Under the pieces are notes generated by a model. The model was not told the DNA's origin and searched no databases. It saw nothing but the letters and a program-made list of their open reading frames with translations. The position numbers and the translations under genes were made by a program. Positions 57,501-64,000 of a DNA stretch of 64,000 nucleotides are shown piece after piece; within the stretch, counting starts at the first letter, position 1, and each line of letters begins with the position of its first letter. Origin of the DNA: Ophelia neglecta. Taxonomy: Eukaryota. The stretch spans positions 68,262,001 through 68,326,000 of the forward strand of contig OZ260663.1 of assembly GCA_965285935.1 (NCBI GenBank), written 5' to 3'.

Positions 57501-57793
57501 CATGGTGTAAAGTACAGATTAATACCGCAGCGCATTCGTCCTTCATTGTTCAAACCATACGTCTTGATTCGTTTCAGGACGAGTTTAAACGATTATATAT
57601 GCAACTCGAAGTATTGAAACAGAAAAATATGAAGTTGGGAAATCCCCATCTAGGTCACAAGCTGTCTGCCATGACGGAAGCTGCAGGGATGAAGGAGGAA
57701 CGCCACTCGGAGTCAAACCCTGTCAGCCCGAACATGAACGGCAAACGGGTTGTTATCAACCTAGACCACTACAATGATGCAACCAGTTTATGA
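27445..57793 (+). CDS. GPR158: GPR158/GPR179-family orphan class C GPCR (CG31760-like), 5'-partial; join(27445-27568,31277-31426,31683-31877,43899-43967,44352-44461,45396-45541,46393-46461,46778-46916,48129-48234,57004-57210,57578-57793)
   Basis: Eleven exons with canonical AG/GT boundaries and matching phases form one open frame. Family motifs: GTSGIDIDLQKVDIDQC, GLGFRRGSYRCACKNGWYYP, CLRCAAGCETC, KAASPVLL, YGALLLKTWR, APSEFNESRFISWAIYNE and DIQDEFKRLYMQLEVLKQKNMKLGNPHL. The symbol denotes the family, not proven one-to-one orthology. Confidence 0.93.
29180..29470. repeat. Degenerate tandem repeat, unit about 78 bp, 3-4 copies
   Basis: GG(A/C)CAAAGC...GAAATGA(G/T)GCCCA...CCTG(T/C) recurs near 29247, 29324 and 29403. 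Confidence 0.75.
31277..31426 (+). CDS. GPR158: GPR158-like exon 2 (EGF-like domain)
   Basis: ttttcag|CVSVPGLGFRRGSYRCACKNGWYYPNTTLPESQRYFNGSNIELQYERKMR|gtaagc; 150 nt; N-glycosylation sequons NTT and NGS. Confidence 0.95.
31683..31877 (+). CDS. GPR158: GPR158-like exon 3 (cysteine-rich stalk and TM1)
   Basis: gttactag|GEASSFDTSYTCLRCAAGCETCKDSSPCILSLDWIQRSIVLGVSCLIIGMIPVLVWFTYKYKEVK|gtaatc; 195 nt. Confidence 0.95.
32080..32358. repeat. Degenerate 29-bp minisatellite, about 9-10 copies
   Basis: Units such as aggctgtaaaggggcccctggtttatcta / aggctgccaaggagccctcaatttatcaa / aagctgtcaagaggcacttagtttatcaa. Confidence 0.85.
34830..35170 (-). mobile_element. Decayed LINE ORF2 C-terminal fragment
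   Basis: Reverse strand gives (K)LRxFK...YYLEYVKLPHFKQQITNLR and ED...EC...Y...EKILFIL...IKQTAHFV, resembling the post-RT tail of non-LTR elements. It is frameshifted. Confidence 0.45.
35800..36790 (-). mobile_element. Decayed CR1-group LINE reverse transcriptase and 3' end
   Basis: Reverse strand: QKTFDTVD..LLSKL, DWFESY, CGVTQGSILGPLLFLIYVSDI, YAEDS (from YADDS) and KTTVKYL; with stops and frameshifts. Confidence 0.9.
36930..38560 (-). mobile_element. Decayed L2-type LINE ORF2
   Basis: Reverse strand: FNTTLRQVLDKYTPGKVKSVIIRP, KNCRPINNLPFISKVLERAVA, VPQ*SVFGP, CYTEDT (from YADDT) and SLHWLPINQRVKFKI. Confidence 0.9.
39300..39900 (-). mobile_element. Possible Ty3/Gypsy RNase H remnant
   Basis: Reverse strand: VESVKQVLYY...QIITDHK...SALQP...FPGVNN, cf. 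ITDHxPL...LxLQxY..Y.PG..N; very degenerate. Confidence 0.4.
41350..42500 (-). mobile_element. Decayed LINE 5' part: AP-endonuclease N-terminus plus upstream ORF1-like A-rich region
   Basis: Reverse strand from about 41780: LCIGS*NINGK...DSDFLRNLKKDTICLLET...HKSRP...VWL...FFGL...TYI, matching the APE start (SWNxxG...DIxCLxET). The hydrophobic + strand ORFs here are its antisense shadow. Confidence 0.7.
43899..43967 (+). CDS. GPR158: GPR158-like exon 4 (ICL1 and TM2)
   Basis: ccttttag|VLKAASPVLLRIILLGAFLLYCP|gtaagt; 69 nt. Confidence 0.94.
44352..44461 (+). CDS. GPR158: GPR158-like exon 5 (ECL1 and TM3)
   Basis: gtttgcag|LIVQYYEPTEISCSLRTWMREIGFAISYGALLLKTW(R)|gtacgt; 110 nt, ends in phase 2. 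Confidence 0.95.
44856..45240 (+). mobile_element. Interspersed non-autonomous repeat (HINE/Helentron-like by resemblance); related start near 27644
   Basis: AAAGCTAGC(C/T)GAGCT(T/C)ATCA occurs at both sites and is followed by GTCC/GGCC-type short repeats. Confidence 0.35.
45396..45541 (+). CDS. GPR158: GPR158-like exon 6 (ICL2 and TM4)
   Basis: gttttag|(R)ISVVFRVRSAQRIKISDADLIKRLIGIVLLFAAYLTVRMVVGRPHVVK(G)|gtaatg; 146 nt. Confidence 0.94.
46393..46461 (+). CDS. GPR158: GPR158-like exon 7 (ECL2)
   Basis: ttttcag|(G)THSSGLHAYQCSWDVWDYCAAI(A)|gtaaca; 69 nt; carries the ECL2 Cys expected to pair with the TM3 Cys. Confidence 0.9.
46778..46916 (+). CDS. GPR158: GPR158-like exon 8 (TM5, ICL3, TM6)
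   Basis: cttccag|(A)ELCLLLWGIRLCIVVRKAPSEFNESRFISWAIYNETLLSLFLNIT(M)|gtaagt; 139 nt; class C PxxFNE motif. Confidence 0.95.
48129..48234 (+). CDS. GPR158: GPR158-like exon 9 (ECL3 and TM7)
   Basis: tttttcag|(M)FFLQSPANPDLLYLVLFIHTQLTTTVTLAFLFGSK|gtaagt; 106 nt. Confidence 0.95.
50120..50152. repeat. 12-bp tandem repeat (AATTGGTTCCTT), about 2.8 copies
   Basis: Directly visible. Confidence 0.8.
52171..52302. repeat. Near-perfect 44-bp tandem triplication
   Basis: TGGAAGTTATATTGACACTAAAGGTTTATCCTACAAGCCAAATA x3, with one substitution in copy 1. Confidence 0.97.
53300..53560 (-). mobile_element. Possible small LINE RT fragment
   Basis: Reverse-strand VDGQIN..LQLSVPYGSILDL resembles VNG..S....GVPQGSILGP. 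Confidence 0.35.
57004..57210 (+). CDS. GPR158: GPR158-like exon 10 (proximal cytoplasmic tail)
   Basis: gtttatag|AYVVFKGSGKEQPQTTISRGSKYMAAPTSKTCTTNFVANLNSRENTSFSDNKFCDEMEPYGSTLEKDIQ|gtgatg; 207 nt; open and in phase with both neighbours. Confidence 0.85.
57578..57793 (+). CDS. GPR158: GPR158-like terminal exon 11 (coiled coil, stop)
   Basis: gtttcag|DEFKRLYMQLEVLKQKNMKLGNPHLGHKLSAMTEAAGMKEERHSESNPVSPNMNGKRVVINLDHYNDATSL*. Confidence 0.93.
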   Translation, partial: DEFKRLYMQLEVLKQKNMKLGNPHLGHKLSAMTEAAGMKEERHSESNPVSPNMNGKRVVINLDHYNDATSL

Positions 57794-59296
57794 TGGAAAG
57801 CACAAGTCGAATTTTAAATTGACAATAGCCACCATACGCTGTGTTGCCAGTTAAGCAGTTAAGTTTATGCATAGCGTATAACTAGATCACATAGGCCTAC
57901 GTTTTCCATGATTCATAAACTTCGGTCTCTTTTTCAATATTTTATGTATCCTATAGTCAGATCACTGAGCAAGTGATTTGTAAAACGGCAAACCAATCCT
58001 TTTTGTTCTCCGGGAACTTGGCTGTTTCCCTACTTGTGAATCATGGTTGATAACCTTTATAGTTTGATACTCATCTATTTAATTCCTGTGATCACTTTAT
58101 GGTATACAGTAATGTATATAATTATACACGTGTGCTTTTCAGAAAGGCTCCACAGGGTTTAATGTTAGCACAGTATGTAGCCTTAAGCGTAAATGGTTTT
58201 GAATAATTTTTTTTAACTCATGACCTTCATAATATTGTGCGTTTCATTGACTAATACAGTAAAAATATTTGACTGAGAATTAAGCTTCAATACGTATCCT
58301 GCATTATTAATGTATGCCAGCTTTAAAATCGAGATTTCTTTACGAATTTCTTTATATTTAAGGTGTGATATCGGTGTATTCTGTACAAAAGGTCTGCCGG
58401 TAATGAGTTTCGGTAGCTTCGTTCGTAACAGTCTGTCCTAAGTCCCCATTGATCCCCCATATACAGCTTTCTTTTAGGATAACAAAAAGTCGGAGTCGGA
58501 AACCGACAATATGCTTGGGGGGCTTGAACAGACTGGGTAAGACGTTACTAGGCCTACATCCAAAGTCATATTCGTTTGAGTGCGGCAAAATCGTAGGCCT
58601 ACTGTTTTATTGTCTATGAACTTTGATACCTATCCGGGAGTCTTCCAACGCTGATAAAAATTTCTGTTGATAAGTTTTGAGATTTCCTTAATTTTAAGTG
58701 TCACGTACATTTGTAAGTGTCGAGTTGTTTCAGACTAAAACGCTAAGGGTTTAAACCCTCAGGCGGATAATTTTATACAACCACTATGTATTATTCCACT
58801 TTGCACAATTTTCAATGGGCAAACGGTGCACATTACTATCGTGATTATTATTTTGTTATTGTTACCAAAGAGTGCCAAACAACTATGGGATCTTCATATT
58901 AACTCTTGTCTAAACGAATATTAATATTTTGAAATGTTAGAAATCTTCACAATATCGCTCTATGTGCGTAGCGCTAACGTACAGTTTTTCAGTGTACATG
59001 GTCAGCTGTTCTCGCGTACGCTCTGGTTGTATTTCTCAGTACGAATTGAAATTGGAATGTTATTTGAGAATTTTTTCAATCGTGAAAAACAAGAATCAGG
59101 AACGTTTTAAGACTCAATATCAGTTAAACAAGATCTAATTTTTATTGAATGTTTTGGCCAAAACATTAACCTCTATAACCATTTTTAAGCTTTTTCTTTG
59201 ATGAGAAATGTATTCACATCAATGATAAACATCACAATGTACTATAAATAATGTTTGTACATAAATTAATGCAAAGTGTCTTGTGAATATAATACA

Positions 59297-59302
59297 AATA
59301 AA
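59297..59302 (+). terminator. Probable polyadenylation signal of the GPR158-like gene (3' UTR about 1.5 kb)
   Basis: First AATAAA I can see after the stop, in AU-rich context with upstream TGTA motifs and a downstream T/GT-rich tract. Confidence 0.55.
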
Positions 59303-59539
59303 TTATTTATTACCTATTGCGCTTGTGAGATGTCATTCATTTCCTCGCCCGTAAATAGGCGTTGTTGGTGCTCTGTAAATTAAACAGTAAATTTAAGCCG
59401 AGAATTTCTAATAAGGGTCGGGTTTGGGCATTAGTTGAACAAAAGCATAGAATTTGTTCGTCAATGGATGGCAAAAAATTTTTAAAGCCAAATGACGAGA
59501 AGAGAGAATAATCAGCTAAAATAAAGTTCAAATTCGCCT

Positions 59540-59705
59540 CTGATTGCAATCCCGTTGAAAATGATGCCCTGATTGCAACAAACTTTTTAAAACTAAATGG
59601 TGTGAAGACCGAATAATCAAAAAAAAGTCTAAATTCCCCTCTGAGTGCATTCCCGTTGACAATCATGCCCTGATTGCAACCCCGCTGATAATAATGCCCT
59701 GATAT
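59540..59705. repeat. Interrupted 29-bp repeat (TGCCCTGATTGCAACCCCGCTGATAATAA-like)
   Basis: Two blocks of related units at about 59540-59580 and 59645-59705. Confidence 0.7.
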
Positions 59706-60804
59706 TCTTTGAGCGTCCTTCGTGTTCTTTGAAGGATGATTGACATATAAGGACTGGCCAGTCCAACATCCAGGTGTCTCTGTCAGCGCGAAATTAGCTT
59801 CCATTATTAATTAGAGTGACGGTTCTTTTAAGCTTCAAATCAACCTGGTATCCAAAATGGCATTCTCTCAGCTTCGGATATATCTAGAATTGCCAATTAT
59901 TGACGTTTTTCCTTTGCAGCCTCCTCCTCCTGGCCAGGAATGTCTTTCCCCCAGATACAAGACCAACCCAAGTCTTATCATTTTTCAAAGAAAACACTTT
60001 TTATGAATTGCATTTGAATCTTAATTTGATACTTGCATACCTAAACTCACTTTTTTATATGTATTTTGAAGATTTTTGTATGGATTATTCATAGAATGCA
60101 CCATCTCGGCATATTCTTTTTTACTATAATGTTTTAGGTTACAAGTTTGTCTAAGTATCAGCTAGGACAGAACCCTTGCACAGATTGCGAAATTTGTAAT
60201 AACAGCACTAGCAATATTTCTTATGAGAGCACGTACCTTTATTCTACTCCAAAATTTCTTCACAGAATCAGAATTATAATGATACTTTTTTTTAAATTTG
60301 TCTTCTATCCTCCGATCATGATTTTGCAGAGAGATTGGACCTAAGGCAATCTGGGACCAACCAATTCTTTTTGGATATAACTTCTTAAAAATATATCGGG
60401 TATCGAGCTGACGCAGGTATATTATTTTTCTGAAACCAAACGCAATCTCTCGAGGCCTGCGGGCTCCCTGCATGATTTGCAGAAGGCACTCTGATGATTT
60501 CTCTATAAATCTTGTAAGAAATTGTTTATTATTAAATCAGGTTGTGGCGGCCATGTCATGTTTTTTTTCTGATCAGGCCCAAATTTAATCCTAAGATGAA
60601 CATGGCAATCTTTGACCTCCATTTGGGATTGAGAAAGTATCTAGAAGCATTCTGTAATCATCTGGAACCGCCTTTTGGAATTTGACATGCACCATGTTTT
60701 TTCTCGATCAGGTCCAAATACAAATGCCGGCAGCCATTCGGCAGGGCAGTCTTCCCTGTTCGTTTCGGACATTTAAGTTTTCCCTGAGCTTTATCTACAG
60801 CCAG

Positions 60805-61150
60805 CTGTAACCTTCACCCCATCCCCACTGGTCTTTTGAAGGGATGCCTTACTCCTACTAGTAACTACTAAAAATATAGTCAATAAGTCTCTGGGGTCTG
60901 GTGTTTTCCAATCTTTTTATAAAGAGGCTCTTGTTAACCTCATTATCAAAAAAAATGCTTAATGCTATCCAGATATTTAAGAATTATAGACAGTCTCTAA
61001 CCTGAGTTTTCTGTCGAAAATTATTAAAAATGTTGCGATGCGGTCTAGAACCATCTTGCTGAGCAAGGTTTGAATACACCCTACCATTTTGCGTACAGGT
61101 CTAAACAGCATTGACACCGCACTCCGTAGGGTGCATAATATGACATTGTG
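60805..61150 (+). mobile_element. Decayed L2-type LINE RT fragment
   Basis: HPIPTGLLKGCL, NIVNKSLGSGVF, KEALV, KNYR(P)VSNLSFLSKII, AYRS and DTALRRVHN(D), with frameshifts. Confidence 0.85.
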
Positions 61151-63750
61151 CCATTCAAGAGCTCAACAACAGCTAGTACTTGGAGTTGCCTTAAACCAGT
61201 AATCATTTTTCAAATTCTACATATTGAACATTTTTTTTAGTTTTTCTTGTAAAAAAAATATAAGCTAAACGACTAACCATACTTAGACCTATTGTTATTA
61301 CCTTTATACTTTGTATCTATGATATTTTTCTGTTTGAGTTGACAGTAAAGTGAATGCCATATGCGATAGAGCAGTGGACATTGCTCGAAAAGTAGCGCTG
61401 TGTAAATACAACTTGTTAACAAGTCTTAGAGTAGCCATACCTACTAGACAAAAGTTATCAGGTAATATAATTAAGCCATGTGTACGGAATTATTCTCCAA
61501 GCACAGATCTTTATGTAAGCCTATATCATTATTTTGTATTTAAAAAGTTTGGGCATCCTGATGCCCCGAAAATATTCCCATCCCCGTTACATATATTTTT
61601 TTTTATAATATTTTCATAACAAACAGGTTATTTTCGGGACGATTGGAAATCTGCCCTTGTAACCAATATAGAATAGAAAAAAATCAAAGTTTCTAGAGAA
61701 TCTTTAACAATTACCCACCCATCACTATGATGTATCACAAACCTTAATTAAATAGAAAAATATGTATGACGTCAATTAAGATTATAACTTCAGAAATACA
61801 ATTTCATTTCCCTAGAGGAAACACGCACTGCCTAAGATGAAGGTAGGACTACTCGTAAGAGACGCGCACTGTTCCATTAAAAATTACATTTTTTCCCTCC
61901 AAAATTCAATTTTTTTTATTTTCACGAAAGTTATGATATTACAATTAAAAGTAAACTAATGTCTTGATTTCAAGCCTCCGGCTCTGATTCGCCATGAACC
62001 TGGAAACACTATCACTTAGCAAGGTAACATTATAACTCTAGGGTCAACCTTGTGTGATATCCAAGCAGAAACCAATATTTACTCCCCCCCCCCCCCCCAC
62101 TCCCCACCCCCCAAACACACACACATACACGCCAACTCGATCCCACCCCGTCAGGCCCCGACAGTCCCGGGGGGGGGGGACTCATTGTACTTGTTACTCC
62201 TCTGCAAGGCTTCGGCTCCCTAACTTGTGCTAGTTATTTAAGTAGGCCTAAGAAAGTCAAATTTCGGAGACTTGACGCCCTAAGAAAGTCAGTCTCTTCA
62301 ATGATTCAACGTTTAAAACATAAAAGGCCGCTCTAATTTTCATTGCCCAAAACTCGGGTTATTCATTTCAAAGTTTGACGCTTAATAGGGTCAAATTTTT
62401 CACAGTTTTGCCCTAATTGAAATAGGTATTTGAAGCGTAAGCCGAGCATCACCGTCCAAAGCCATAGTCGGAGTATTGATGTGCATAGTATCATATTAAT
62501 AGGGATTTGGACAACAAAAAATACTCCAATTTGTAGTTGATTACAAATGGCATTAAAAATCAACTTCTTTTATCACGTTTTAAACTTATAAACTAATGGC
62601 TCTAAAAAATAAACAATAGGTAACAACGTAGACTAATTTATTGATGGCATTACGTATAATTTACTCAACAATCTGCCGTACAAGTATATTCCATGTAATG
62701 TACTGAGTAATTTGATGATCATAGGAGAGGGCGAAGCCGACAAGTATTGGTTTTAATCCTGGTACAGGAATAAATAATCTTCAGACTTAATAACCTATGA
62801 ATTTTAATTTGTTGAGGTGATTCCATAAAAAATACAATTCAGCTGATCTGACATGGAGCAAGACATGCACCGTTGCCTTCCGTGTAATTTCTGAAGACTT
62901 ATTCAACTTACACTATTAAACAATTCAATGCCTTTATAGCCAAATTAACAAATAATATCAACATTCTGCATTGATCAGCCCCTAAAACCTTGCATATATT
63001 ATATGCCAATACATCCAGTTCAAACCTCATTTTGTGAATTACCGGCGCAATTTGCCTGGATTTCAATTATAGGCCTATATACTATTTATGATACCACATC
63101 AAATAGAATTTTCAAACTATATATGGCCTGGAGTCCGACAAAATGGAATTCAAACGGATGAGTGAACACAAATCGAGGTGTCATTATTTACTATCATTTT
63201 TCCCAATAACACTGCCTAGGGAAGCAGATATTTATGGACAAAAACTCATTCTGCATGGCGCAGCGTTTTGTTTTAGAGTTAATTGAGATTGCGCATGTGC
63301 CAGTGTAGTGGAAATTACTTTCCAGAGAAAATCAGCAAGAAGTAAGTGGGAGGAGTAGACGAAAGGGCGAAGCCTTGGGAACAGTGCACAATTATTGATA
63401 GTTTTTTTTACTCTTGTGCCTTAACATTGGATTGTCAGAATAAGAAGTTTTTTATCCCTTTAACTAACATGTAAGCCTCTTACCAAGGTGAGTTTGCAAT
63501 GCCGATTGCAAAGCTGGGAAAATAAAAAATGGCTTGCCTATGTCAGATGTGGCAAAACAAAAAATATTTTCTTGATAAAGCGGCAAGTTCTCATATTCCC
63601 AGGGTGATGGCAGTATTTATTATTTGTCACATTTTCACTATGCTTCAAGTTAGAATGAATTATTTCACTCTCAGGTTAATACTTGCTGCTTTATCCAATT
63701 TCGTTTAAAACTTTGTCATCTGTTTCTTTTCAGAATCCCATGAAGACAGT

Positions 63751-64000
63751 GATGCGGATCAGTTACGTATCTTACGTATCCTGCGGATGACTTTACGTAT
63801 CTTACGTATGGGTTACGTATTTTACGTATGGCTAACGTATTTTGCGCATGGCAAACGTATGTTCTGCGGATGCTTACGTATATTTCATCCGCAGCAAAGT
63901 TTTGAGAATTTCAAAATTCCTGTTGCGGATCTGCGTATGTCTGTGGATCCTGCGCATTGGGTTAAGGATGAATACGGATGCTTACGGATGATACGGATCC
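63751..64000. mobile_element. Array of short TACGTAT/TGCGGAT motifs, probably the subterminal region of a DNA transposon (PIF/Harbinger-like); truncated by the window edge
   Basis: More than 15 (T/A)(A/G)CG(T/G)AT units at about 9-11 bp spacing around an imperfect palindrome TTTTGAGAATTTCAAAA. Confidence 0.55.

Noticed and set aside
59337-59804. 155-aa minus-strand ORF
   Set aside because: It overlaps a 29-bp repeat, has no recognisable homology and shows no exon signature.

Overview
AT-rich animal genomic DNA, probably from a marine invertebrate (a lophotrochozoan is my inference, not established). There are no operons, RNA genes or CRISPR arrays. One spliced + strand gene dominates the window: a GPR158/GPR179-family orphan class C GPCR, closest in motif content to Drosophila CG31760. 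I reconstructed 11 coding exons by hand (27445-57793; all introns GT-AG and phase-consistent; 509 complete codons plus stop). They encode the end of the Cache domain, an EGF-like/cysteine-rich stalk, 7TM and a short cytoplasmic tail. The tail keeps the RGS7-docking coiled-coil motif and ends in a PDZ-type motif. The 5' exons are not recognisable, so roughly 27 kb at the left is probably one very long intron. Introns hold decayed retroelements (Ty3/Gypsy, CR1/L2-group LINEs), MITE/DNA-transposon remnants and minisatellites. Best leads: candidate recursive (AG|GT ratchet) splice sites in each long intron, strong enrichment of the palindrome TAGGCCTA, a CRE-CCAAT-TATA cassette upstream of the tail-encoding exons, and a possibly nested, all-antisense retroelement pile in intron 3. 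Most ORFs in the six-frame track are spurious.
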